A stretch of DNA of 64,000 nt, taken from positions 46,391 through 110,390 of the IMG/VR virus record IMGVR_UViG_3300019888_000107; one strand, 5' to 3'. The notes under the pieces are model-generated. The model had not been told where the DNA came from and made no database searches. It was given only the letters and a program-made list of their open reading frames with translations. This stretch comes from a virus. A program made the position numbers and the translations under genes. Below, piece after piece: positions 9,752 to 19,500 of the stretch. The first letter of the stretch is position 1; each line of letters starts with the position of its first letter.

Positions 9752-9907
9752 ATGTACGAACAAGGAACCCACCAGCACGAGTGCACTGACTGTGACGAGA
9801 TCGAAGAGTGCAACGACACTGGCACCGATGACGAGTGCACCAAGCCTGGCGCTGGTTGGATTCGCGGGAGGTTTTACTGCAAGGACTGCGCCGAGACCCG
9901 CTGCTGA
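9752..9907 (+). CDS. 51-aa Cys-rich protein (not in the ORF track)
   Basis: AAGGAG RBS; MYEQGTHQHECTDC...FYCKDCAETRC*. Confidence 0.55.
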   Translation: MYEQGTHQHECTDCDEIEECNDTGTDDECTKPGAGWIRGRFYCKDCAETRC

Positions 9908-10149
9908 TGCGGGTCAGAGCAATCGAGATACATGACGTGACGAGTTAGCCACATGCCGAACGCGGCGAATAGGAACGGCCCGAGCCGGCCCCACGGTTTG
10001 CGCGGGTGGTGCCCGGTCCAACACTGCAGCTCACGGGACAGCGTCGGATGTTTGTGTTGGTGATAGGCCGCCCACTCAAGTGTGGCAAATGTTCCGGCGG
10101 CGCCGACGAGGTAAATCCTCCACGCCCAGGGCCACAATCTCTTGGCCAT
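9874..10149 (-). CDS. Small membrane protein
   Basis: MAKRLWPWAW..., two hydrophobic stretches. Confidence 0.5.
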   Translation of the reverse strand: MAKRLWPWAWRIYLVGAAGTFATLEWAAYHQHKHPTLSRELQCWTGHHPRKPWGRLGPFLFAAFGMWLTRHVMYLDCSDPHQQRVSAQSLQ

Positions 10150-10738
10150 CAGTATCTCCCATGATTCGCAGATACGCCTCATTGGCCGCACACACCCAAT
10201 CGAACTGGCGGCCCTGGCGCTCAGCCTTGTAACGGCGAGTGTAAGCGTTATGGCACGATCGACAGAGAATCGCCGGGCTACTCCGAACCAGGTTGGGTGC
10301 GATAAGACGATGGCCAAGCCGACAACGCTCACCCGGTGGTTTCGGATTCAGCATCGCGTGCCGTCGTGCATCATCGGCGTTCTGAAGAGGTGTTCCCCAC
10401 CGTAGATTTGAGAGGGTGTTGTTCATCTTATTACCATCACCATGTAGCACATCCGGCATGTCAGGCGGGTTGGGACCCATGAAAGCCGTGAGAACCATCC
10501 GGTGAACGCGACGAAAATACCGCTTTCGATCGACGCCCAAGCCTAAGGTTACACGGGGATAGCCCACCGAATCGGGTGTACAGCGAAGAAGCTTAGACGG
10601 ATACGTTCGAGTTGCGCCGTTTCTCCATGTCACCGTGCGCTCTAAGCTACGCACCCGACCGGCATTGCTAACCTCATAAAATCCCTCGAACCCTACAACG
10701 GGTAACCAACGCTCCGTATTACAGCTAACATCAGTCAT
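10076..10738 (-). CDS. NUMOD4-HNH homing endonuclease
   Basis: ERWLPVVGFEGFYEVSNAGRVRS; VHRMVLTAF..VLHGDGNKMNNTLSNLRWGT. Confidence 0.9.
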   Translation of the reverse strand: MTDVSCNTERWLPVVGFEGFYEVSNAGRVRSLERTVTWRNGATRTYPSKLLRCTPDSVGYPRVTLGLGVDRKRYFRRVHRMVLTAFMGPNPPDMPDVLHGDGNKMNNTLSNLRWGTPLQNADDARRHAMLNPKPPGERCRLGHRLIAPNLVRSSPAILCRSCHNAYTRRYKAERQGRQFDWVCAANEAYLRIMGDTDGQEIVALGVEDLPRRRRRNICHT

Positions 10739-10842
10739 GTCGACTCCAAACCAGTCGGCCACAACCCAATGGTGTTTAGCGCACCCGCCGTCGGATGTGC
10801 ACCGAGCGTTCGGGATGGCGGAACAGCACAGGACAAATTCGC

Positions 10843-11031
10843 TCAACTATCGAAATCGAACTCGCCCGCCTTCACCCCGGCCACAAACGCCGACCACTCA
10901 CTACGGGAGAACGTCAGCGCCTCACCGGTTGCCCGAGAATGCCGAACAACGATCTGGCCGTCCAGCACAGCGGCTTCCACACACTGCAATGTCGAAAAGC
11001 TACTCTTCCGGAACACCACCGTATGAGACAT
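10843..11031 (-). CDS. DUF397 protein
   Basis: FRKSSFS..CVEAA..VRHSR..LTFSRSEWSAFVAGVKAGEFD. Confidence 0.9.
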   Translation of the reverse strand: MSHTVVFRKSSFSTLQCVEAAVLDGQIVVRHSRATGEALTFSRSEWSAFVAGVKAGEFDFDS

Positions 11032-11106
11032 CCGACTAGAGCCCTTCCATCGTGCGGCCCAATAATTCCACACCCGTTGACAGCGACTGATGTGCAACTC
11101 GGAGAC

Positions 11107-11139
11107 TTGCCCTTCATCGGCAGTGCGAGTAAGCTGACT
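11107..11139 (+). promoter_or_regulatory. Sigma-A-like promoter containing the repeated GTAAGCTGACT motif
   Basis: TTGCCC-17-TAAGCT; same motif at 11682 and 14684. Confidence 0.55.
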
Positions 11140-11173
11140 AACAGTTCACCTACGAGAGCTAAAGGAGAAGACC

Positions 11174-11536
11174 GTGGCGTATTACACGGCAACGATCTGC
11201 AAAGACGGTTCCGGTTGTCAGGTTGTTGTCCACTGGGACGACAACGACCCGAACCGATTTATCACCACACCGACTCTGGTTGACCACCCAATCACCGACG
11301 GAACCGAGCTGGAGTCCGTCCTAGAGGCTCAAGGGTGGATCATGGTGTCGCGCGACTCTAACAACATCGGCCGTGGGTGGGCCATCGTCAAGCGGAAGCG
11401 GGACTCTGCGACTCACTACCGCCCATTCTTTAACCCGCTCGATCGAGGCTGGTACGGGTCACTGTCCGACGAGGTCAAGTGGCAGATCCGAGCTACGTTC
11501 CCGGAGGCCACAGTTCCGGGAGTGCCCGCAGCGTGA
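11174..11536 (+). CDS. Hypothetical protein (moron-like)
   Basis: RBS AAAGGAG, own promoter. Confidence 0.55.
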   Translation: MAYYTATICKDGSGCQVVVHWDDNDPNRFITTPTLVDHPITDGTELESVLEAQGWIMVSRDSNNIGRGWAIVKRKRDSATHYRPFFNPLDRGWYGSLSDEVKWQIRATFPEATVPGVPAA

Positions 11537-11737
11537 TCAGCGGCGAAACAACGCACAGACACGGCGCCAGAGTGAGCGCTCACGCCTCAACGCGGCGAGC
11601 ACCCGGCGGCGTGCCCGGCAGCCCTCACAGGAACACCGGCGCAACCGCATCATCCGGGCTTACCCCGATCGTGTAACGCTGGTAAGCTGACTTTCGATGT
11701 AGCGCGTCGTCCACGGAACGAGGGGACCCGCCCGACC

Positions 11738-12022
11738 ATGGCTCAGACAACAGGCACGAACACCACGTCCACCACCGCCGAGGAGAAGAAGGCCCGGAAC
11801 GCCGCCGACAGTGCGTACCAAGCGGTGATGGCGGCCGTCGAGCTGTCTCACGACCGTCCCGGCCGAGCCGCGCGGATGGCGGCGTACCGGAGATCCGCGA
11901 AGGCGTGGCGGGGTCTGGCCGAGGTGTTGCCGTACGACGAGCACATCACGAGGGCGCTGACCTGGGCCGAAGCCGCCGACACCAAACGCGCCGACGAGTA
12001 CCAGCGCATGCTAGGCGAGTAA
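11738..12022 (+). CDS. Hypothetical protein
   Basis: RBS GAGGGG; promoter motif at 11660-11692. Confidence 0.55.
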   Translation: MAQTTGTNTTSTTAEEKKARNAADSAYQAVMAAVELSHDRPGRAARMAAYRRSAKAWRGLAEVLPYDEHITRALTWAEAADTKRADEYQRMLGE

Positions 12023-12151
12023 GCAAGCCTTTCGGGGAGCGTAGGTGATCGACCTCGCCAGCCAAGGAAAGTTAGCCAAGGCTCCCTAGACTCACCGCGC
12101 CGGCACCCTGCACACTGGCGCGTCAGCGAGAGATATGCGAGGGGTGCCACC

Positions 12152-12427
12152 GTGGCCAACAAGCCGGCCAACAGAGCCCGGATCGCCCAGCTCCAGAACG
12201 AGCTAGCGAACGAGTTCCGCAACGATCGAGACCTACTCACCGCGATCAGCGCGGCGGTTGATGACGTCGAGGAGGCCCGAGCGAAGCAGATCGCGTTAAT
12301 CCGCATCGCGCTCAGCCGTATCAAGACTCACGGACTAACCCGCGGACTAACCCGTGGCGCCATCGCACAAGCGGCCGGCGTATCAGGTCCCGCGCTCCAC
12401 CAGCCACCGTACCTAGAGGATAGCTAA
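12152..12427 (+). CDS. Small HTH-like protein
   Basis: TRGAIAQAAGVSGPAL. Confidence 0.5.
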   Translation: MANKPANRARIAQLQNELANEFRNDRDLLTAISAAVDDVEEARAKQIALIRIALSRIKTHGLTRGLTRGAIAQAAGVSGPALHQPPYLEDS

Positions 12428-12441
12428 AGGAAGCCCACGCG

Positions 12442-12654
12442 ATGACCGCTCCCGATATCCGCACCCTGGCCCGCCGAATCAGCGTACTCGAACAGCGACT
12501 TAACGAAATCGAGCAGGGTTACGGTGAGAGTATCTGCCGCTTATCCCGTCGTGCGATCCGCACCGACATACGCCTCGGTCGGATGGCCAAACAAATGGGC
12601 GTACCCTCAGCCACAGAGGCTGAGGTAGACGCTGTACTCGAATCAGAAGGCTAA
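12442..12654 (+). CDS. Small coiled-coil protein
   Basis: LARRISVLEQRLNEIE. Confidence 0.5.
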   Translation: MTAPDIRTLARRISVLEQRLNEIEQGYGESICRLSRRAIRTDIRLGRMAKQMGVPSATEAEVDAVLESEG

Positions 12655-12669
12655 AGGGGCAATAACGAC

Positions 12670-13068
12670 ATGGCGGCCCGTGATGTTGAGACCCGTCTCC
12701 GCCTGCTCGAAACAGCTATCGGTGAACTCCGTGAAGAGGTAGCCCTCAGTCGGACCGATGCAATCGCCGCGCGGGAGTTAGCCGCCGGGGCCGACCGGGA
12801 CGTATCCGAGGTGCGCGCCGAGCTCAGAGCGCACACCCAAACGCTGAACGCCCTACGCGAAAACCAACTCGACCTGCAAGCCGAGGTCCGCGAGGGGTTC
12901 GCTGACGTACGAACCGAGATGCGCACAGGATTCGCCGAAATGCGCACCGGGATGGCTCACATCATCGAACTAACTCGGTGGCGAATCCGCACCCGAACGT
13001 CAATGAATTGCGCCAGACCCGATCAGCAGTGCTACGGACAGCAGCACCACAGCGAGCGGAGTCAATAG
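12670..13068 (+). CDS. Coiled-coil protein with EMRTGFA repeats
   Basis: EVREGFADVRTEMRTGFAEMRTG. Confidence 0.6.
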   Translation: MAARDVETRLRLLETAIGELREEVALSRTDAIAARELAAGADRDVSEVRAELRAHTQTLNALRENQLDLQAEVREGFADVRTEMRTGFAEMRTGMAHIIELTRWRIRTRTSMNCARPDQQCYGQQHHSERSQ

Positions 13069-13161
13069 CACCCGCCGGTAGGTCGCCATCGCATTCCACA
13101 ACACAACGTCAAGGAACGCGAGCACCAGAGCCACAATAATCAGCACCACACTCAGCGACAC
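13000..13161 (-). CDS. Two-TM small membrane protein (holin-like)
   Basis: AGGAGG RBS before GTG; two TM helices. Confidence 0.55.
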   Translation of the reverse strand: MSLSVVLIIVALVLAFLDVVLWNAMATYRRVLLTPLAVVLLSVALLIGSGAIH

Positions 13162-13357
13162 GACAGTCCTCCTAGAGCCACCAACCACACCACAGATCAG
13201 AGAGGGCACTGAATGAACGCGCCAGCAATCCAAACCCACCCCGGAATGGAACGTGGACTAGATGACGGCGAATAAGGATCTGGCCCTGACATCGCCCCTA
13301 CGCACATGATGATCGCCTGTCTTGGCCTCGCGTGTTACGCGCTCGCGTGGGTGGTGT

Positions 13358-14254
13358 TCACAGGCCCTTAGCCGCCAACCACGCCCGCACCGACGCCGCC
13401 ATCGTGACGTCCGCGCTGGCCGGCGTGGGAACGGGGGGAACGGGAGGCACGGGCGGAACGGGAATGGGTGACACAGGGAACGGCGCGGCGGTACTACCAG
13501 TCAATTGCTGGAAATCAGCGTTAGCCGTTGCGCCGTCGAGACCGGACGGGGTCTTACCCGACTTCGCTAGCCACGCAGTGGAGATCGGGACCCACCACTC
13601 ATCGAAGTAGCGTGAGTGAAACGCGGCCGTCATCTTCTGAAACGCGCTCCACGTAATACACGTCAACGAGCTGGGATCATAAGCGACCAGCGGAACACAG
13701 TGCCCACCCTGGATCTGGGACCGCCCCGCCACGGACCACGGCTGACCAGCATCGAACTGTGTCATGGCGCTGGCCGGGAAATTCAACCCGGCGTACACCA
13801 CCCCGAACAGATCAATACAGTTCTGCAGCAGCGCGGTATTAGTTCCGTCGATCTGGGCGAACGCGGCAATCTTGTACCCACCGAAGCCCGTCGTCCGCCA
13901 AAACTCCAGCCCCGATTGCAGAGTCGCGCCCTGATCAGTGGATGGATTGCCCGAAATGTAGCCCGTGATGGTGGAATAGTCGGCAATGGCCTGAGCAGAA
14001 GTGAAACTAGTGGTCACGCCCTGGCCCTGAAACTCAAAAATGTCAACCGCATGATATCCAGCGGCAATAACACAATCCCCCACAGTGTCGTTACCTAGCA
14101 TTCCCAGCTCGGAACGCGGAACGCCGACAGACCAATCAGCCGAAGCCGGCGGAACCAGCGCCGCGCCGGGCAGAGCTCGCAAGTGCACCCTAGGACGGGA
14201 CGGATCGTTGGGGAGCCTACCCAGCGCCTTAGGACTCTTCTTACGCGCAAACAT
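13358..14254 (-). CDS. Papain-like (C1-type) cysteine peptidase
   Basis: GNDTVGDCVIA (Cys), GGHCVPLVAYD (His), ITW. Confidence 0.75.
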   Translation of the reverse strand: MFARKKSPKALGRLPNDPSRPRVHLRALPGAALVPPASADWSVGVPRSELGMLGNDTVGDCVIAAGYHAVDIFEFQGQGVTTSFTSAQAIADYSTITGYISGNPSTDQGATLQSGLEFWRTTGFGGYKIAAFAQIDGTNTALLQNCIDLFGVVYAGLNFPASAMTQFDAGQPWSVAGRSQIQGGHCVPLVAYDPSSLTCITWSAFQKMTAAFHSRYFDEWWVPISTAWLAKSGKTPSGLDGATANADFQQLTGSTAAPFPVSPIPVPPVPPVPPVPTPASADVTMAASVRAWLAAKGL

Positions 14255-14255
14255 T

Positions 14256-14405
14256 CTAGTACCAGCGCCTTCCGGAGTAATGCCCGGTATTGCCAAGGAT
14301 GAAGAGGACGGCGCCAATCACCAGAAGAATCACGCCGAGGGTGTACAGAATGGAGATACCGAGAACCCAACCCAGAATGAGCAGGATGACACCCAGAACG
14401 ATCAT
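14256..14405 (-). CDS. DUF6131-like 49-aa membrane protein (not in the ORF track)
   Basis: MIVLGVILLILGWVLGISILYTLGVILLVIGAVLFILGNTGHYSGRRWY*. Confidence 0.7.
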   Translation of the reverse strand: MIVLGVILLILGWVLGISILYTLGVILLVIGAVLFILGNTGHYSGRRWY

Positions 14406-14641
14406 GACCGTTTCTCCTGGCAGAGGCTCAGATAGGCTCGGCGATCAAGCAGCTTGTCGATGTCATCGCGGTACCGTACGGCAAGATCAGGGGACACAGC
14501 CTTGAGTCGGGCGTGCACGTGAGCGATATGGGTATCAATAGCCGCCACGGTGTCGCACTGGTAGGTGCGCCCGTCCGAGCCGATCACGGTATCAATCGTG
14601 ATCCTGTGAGTACGCGGCGAAGCGGGTGCGGACACGGGCAA
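14402..14641 (-). CDS. Hypothetical protein
   Basis: Coupled to the downstream gene. Confidence 0.5.
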   Translation of the reverse strand: MPVSAPASPRTHRITIDTVIGSDGRTYQCDTVAAIDTHIAHVHARLKAVSPDLAVRYRDDIDKLLDRRAYLSLCQEKRS

Positions 14642-14697
14642 TCACCTCCCGAATATTGGGGGTTGACCTCCAGCGCATGCTGAGTAAGCTGACTTAC

Positions 14698-15048
14698 ATG
14701 GACACGCCCATCACCTACACGGCGGAACAAATCGAGGCCATTGGGGGTACGACCTGGCGAAGCCGTAGGGGAGTGGTGCGTGTTTATCTCAACAACTGGC
14801 CCAAGCTGATTGGCTTCGACATCGAGCGCTATGGCACCGGCAACATCAAGGGTGCCATGCTCGACGGCCACGAAATTTCCAACGGCAAGGCAGGCAGATT
14901 GCTGGTCGCGCGGGTGTACTGGGAAGGTGGCACGATCCGTACCGACCTAGCCCAGGTAGCGAACAGCATCGGCGTCGCCGTCCCGGGCGCTGCGCTCGTC
15001 GAAACACTGCTGGCCGAGATCGCCCGTCGAGTGACCGAGGTGGGCTGA
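14698..15048 (+). CDS. Hypothetical phage protein, probably leaderless
   Basis: ATG 7 nt after -10 TAAGCT; RVYLN..YGTGNI..ISNGKA motif. Confidence 0.6.
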   Translation: MDTPITYTAEQIEAIGGTTWRSRRGVVRVYLNNWPKLIGFDIERYGTGNIKGAMLDGHEISNGKAGRLLVARVYWEGGTIRTDLAQVANSIGVAVPGAALVETLLAEIARRVTEVG

Positions 15049-15453
15049 ACCGAAAATGTCTGAGTTCAAGATCGGCGACATCGTGATACCGCGGGAGGGA
15101 CTGACCTGGGGCCACGCGCCGCGGCGTCCGATCCCCCCAGTACCGCACGTGGTGCGAGCAATACGCGATCTGCGTCGGCGGGGGATGGGGGTGTACCTGA
15201 CAATTGGGCTAGACCCGGACAGCGCCACCGCGCGGGCGATCGAGCACCCGACCGTGCGGGAAATGGTGACCCGGTGGGGTTACGCGGTACGCGCGGGGGA
15301 TGTGGAACGGAAGGAGCCCTCGGTCATGAGGGGGACCGAGGGCTCCTCACTCCAGCTTCGCGCCAGCAAAGCACCACCGAGTGAATGACAGAGAACGAAC
15401 ATAGTTCTTCCCGTCGCGGCGAAACGTTACACCATCGCGGGCCGATGCGCTAC

Positions 15454-15640
15454 TCACCGGATCAACCCGCGTGTCCTTAAGTATTCCTCGATGTCCCACA
15501 GATCAAAATGGTATCGGGTGCCTGTGTGCCTCTGAATGTGCCCACGGGCTGCCCAGAGGCGAATAGTGCCCGGTTTGACCACCACGCCGTAGGCCCGTCG
15601 GACGTGTAATGCCGCCGCGACTGAGTCGACCAGCACCGGG
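15454..15640 (-). CDS. MerR/Xis-like HTH protein (start uncertain)
   Basis: PGTIRLWAARGHI..FDLWDI. Confidence 0.55.
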
Positions 15641-15662
15641 CGTCGTTCCGGCAGCGTGGTCC

Positions 15663-16391
15663 CTACGCGACGTCGCACTGGACTTTCAGCATCGCACCCA
15701 ACCGCAACCAGTAGTCGCCATCCCAGGACGTATCGCACGCCCGGCAGCGCACGGTGTCCCCGTCGGCCGGGGCGTACAGCCGCACCCCGCACACCCGGCC
15801 CTCATCGAGCGGGGTGGGGCAGTGCCCGATCAGCCGGCGCGCGTCCCCTGTGACCGGTTTGAGCTGAGCCAGCAGCTGACGCACAACGCTAGCGAATTCA
15901 ACAACGCTATCCTGGCGGGTGAGCCAATCGAGTTGGTTGTCGAGCCAGCGCACCAGATCCGCTACGTCGGTGTCGGCGTCCGGGGTGGTGAATTCCCGTC
16001 GTTCGGCCACGTCCACAGCCTCAATCATCAGCACACTCCACACGCTCAACGGTGGCCGTTCGTCCTCGGAATGCACCCGCCTGTCAGCGCCCATCCACAC
16101 ATGCGCGTCCGGACTGGACCGCGAATCACGCATCGCCATGATGTGCACGCTGCCCGGTGGCCTACTCCCGAACCCGGGCACACCGCGCGAGCCCACCTGC
16201 ACACCCCCGACCGGCATCGGACTCAACTTCTGGTAGCGGGCCGAAACAGATTTCAGATCTTCCCGCAGCCGATCGCAGCAATCCCAGCAAGTGCGATAGC
16301 CAGGGTCGGCGCGGCGCCAACGGCGGATCCCCAACGGGGGCGGACACAGGAGGCAGCTCCCATCGGGCCGGCTCAACATCGGCTCAGTCAT
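15663..16391 (-). CDS. Zn-finger actinophage protein (possible late regulator)
   Basis: CLLC, CWDC, GFGSRPP, IGHCP..CGVRL..CRAC. Confidence 0.65.
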   Translation of the reverse strand: MTEPMLSRPDGSCLLCPPPLGIRRWRRADPGYRTCWDCCDRLREDLKSVSARYQKLSPMPVGGVQVGSRGVPGFGSRPPGSVHIMAMRDSRSSPDAHVWMGADRRVHSEDERPPLSVWSVLMIEAVDVAERREFTTPDADTDVADLVRWLDNQLDWLTRQDSVVEFASVVRQLLAQLKPVTGDARRLIGHCPTPLDEGRVCGVRLYAPADGDTVRCRACDTSWDGDYWLRLGAMLKVQCDVA

Positions 16392-16524
16392 GGCGACGAC
16401 ACACCGCGCTCACGATCACCACGACCAGCACCACAGCGGCTAAGAGCAACACGATGCCTCCCGTCAAACGCCTATTCGGTATTCCACGACCCACCGTCAA
16501 TCGCATAATCGTTCTCCCTACCAA

Positions 16525-19500
16525 CTAGGCGGCATCGGCCCAAGCGAATGCTGGCGCGGACGGTTCGGCAATGATCGAGATCCCGTTCATCTGCGTCTCC
16601 ATCGCGGCAACCAGCGCGGAGGTAGCCTCGACCGCATCCTCCGCCGGCACGAATACGTCCAACTCGTCGTGCACCGGCAACAATACGCACCGACCCCACC
16701 GCGTGTCGCCCCAGCGGATCAGGGCGTCGACCAGGAGTTCACGGGCACTGCCCTGAATCGCGGCGTTCGGACCCTTATGCGGGAGCCGCGGATCGAAATG
16801 GATGATCCGCCCTGAATAGCTGGGATACGCAACATGCCCGGCCTTGATGGCGTTGCGGATGTCAGCCGACCAGGCGGTCAGACCGGGTGTCATCGCGTCC
16901 AACGTATCAACGGCGGCTTGCGCAACCGCATGAGTGGTGCCACCCTGGGCGGCAAGGGTCGGGATACCCCCGCCGTATAAGCGTCCGAATACAATTCGTT
17001 TGGCCACATAGCGATGTTCTTTCTTCGGTGTGGGCTCGCCCGTCGGGTTTTTCTCGGATACCTCGGACGCTTTCGGACATGCCCCAAACACCTGCAACGC
17101 GATCTCAGCGTGCAAGTCACGACCCTCAGCGAGAAATTGCCGTAGCGTCGTATCCCCGGACAACGCGGCGGCCACTCGCAACTCCACACCACTAAAGTCC
17201 GCGCCAATCATCAACTGCCCCGGATCGGCGGTGATACACGCGCGAACTCCACCTTGCCTACTAAGTTGTTGAAGATTCAACCTTACACAAGACATGCGTC
17301 CCGTCACGGTGCCCAAGGTATAAACCGTCGGACGCACCCGACCATCACCACGCTCACACAGTTGCGTCATAGGCTCCAGGAACGTACCGATAACCGTCGA
17401 ATGATGCCGATAATCAAGTACCGCGCGAGCCACGTCCCCGACTGCACCCTGATCGAGTTCCGCAAGGGGTTCAAGGACTTCTTTGGCTACCGAGGGTGCA
17501 CCGGTTTTTTTCGATAGCGGCAACGTCGCGCCGAGCTCAACCATCACGGCGGCCACCTGCTTGCTCGACCCCGCGTTCTCAATCCCGAACGTTGCAACCC
17601 GTTCGCGGGCGGCGGCTTGGGCGGGTCGGTGTTCGGCCAGCTTCGCGGCTATGTGCTCGGCGTCCAGGCGTACCCCGTGATGAGCCACCCGAGCTGTCAT
17701 GCGTTGAGCGAGCCGTTCCCGATAGACAATCTTAGGGTCGGCGATAGGAAGTTCGCGTGCGACAGCGTGGGTGTCGAGGACATCAGACGCGGCGTAACGG
17801 ATCATCGTCGAGCGGGTGTAGTCGCATTGTGCCCAACCGGACCGTTCCACCGGAGTTTCAATCTTGGTATCGGTCAACCAACCGGCGGCCTTGAACAGTG
17901 CGGCACGTCCCTCACCAGCCCCCGGTGCGACCGAGCGGGTACCAAGCACAGCATCCGCCAACTTCTTCAAACCGGGATCGCTGCCGGTGGACTGCGGGTC
18001 GCCGAGCTTCGCGGGGATGACGGTGTCGTGCATCCGATCCCACGCCGATTCCAGCTCGATCAGCTCAGCGGCCACCAGAGGCACCAGATCAGCCGTGGCG
18101 GAGTGGGCGTGCAGGAACGTCGCTTCGGCCAGCAGCGTGGCAACCAGAGCCGTCTGAGCGGGGTCCTGCGCATCGAGCACCACCGCGGCTTCGTCGTCGC
18201 CGAGCTGGATGGTGCGCAGCGCGTACAGCGCATGGCCGACGGGGTAGCCGGTGTTCTCGATATCGACGGTGAGCGCGCCACCGGTTCGCGCCAGGCAATC
18301 CCGCACGACCTTGAGCACCTGGACCTCAGTGAGCTGCACCGCGTGACCACCGCGATCAACTCCAGCGGGCAGACCGATGTACTCGCCAGCGGCGGCGTCG
18401 ATACCAGCCCGGCACATGGCCAGCTTCTCCGCGACCTTGACTTTCGCCTTGAGCGTTTTCAGTTCCGCTCGCGCGTCGACCTTGCTGATGCCACGCGTAT
18501 TTGCCCACACCGTGACCTGATGGGGCGTCACGTTCCGTAGCGGCGAGTAGCCCTCGGGGAGCCCATCGGGCAGCGCTGCACCCGCGTCGGCGCATTTTCG
18601 CAGGTCAACGGCAGTATTTTCAGCCAAATCCGCCTCGGTGTGGAGGGTTTCGGCAGGTGTGGAGGGTTCCGAAATCCTTGTTTTTGCTGGTGAAGCCGCG
18701 TTTTTGTGATCAACTGTGGAGGGTGGAGGGTCGTCACATATAGGGGCCATATATGGCGCATGTGGTATACGTACTTCTTCTTCTTCTACTTCTTGTGTAT
18801 TTGTTGTCTGTAAACCCTCCACACCCTCCACAGAAGAAGAAAAAACGGGGGGTGAGCTGGGGTTTTCGGGTGTGGAGGGTTGAGCGCTAGACCCTCCACC
18901 AACCCTCCACGGACCCTCCACATTTGGAGTGATTCCAGTTTGGCGAGCCTGGTGAGCAGCGACCTCAGCCGAGATCGGTGCTCCCGGCGAACTCGCCGTC
19001 CCGGGACCCCCCGGAACAGAATCGAAAAATCCGTGCCCCCCGTCGACCCGGATCCGCAGTGCCCGGTACCGCCCATCCCTACGGTCGGTAGCGGGATAGT
19101 TCAGCTCGTTGAGGCGAACACCCCATTTTGTGATCTCCAGATGGAGGTTTTTGGCGACGTTGTGGTTGCGGCACCAGCCGATGAACGCGTCGTGCAGCGT
19201 CCCGGATCGGGTGCCGGCCTCCCACGGTTCGCAGGCGTCGTCCACCCACTGCTTGACGGGGTCCTGCTCCTCGGCGATCTCCTCAGCCTGGAAGCGGATG
19301 CCCGGCGGCGCGGCCGAGGTGAGTGCGGAGTTGGGGTCGGCTAACCAGGCGGCGGCTTCAGCCATCAGGAACGCCAGCACCCCCGGAGCCTCGCCGGCCC
19401 ACACCGCTGGGGTGAGCGCGCGCCGGACGGTTTCCACCACCTGGGGAGCACCCTCACACGGGATCAACCGGGCCCGCCGTCGGACGGCCGCATCGACCAG

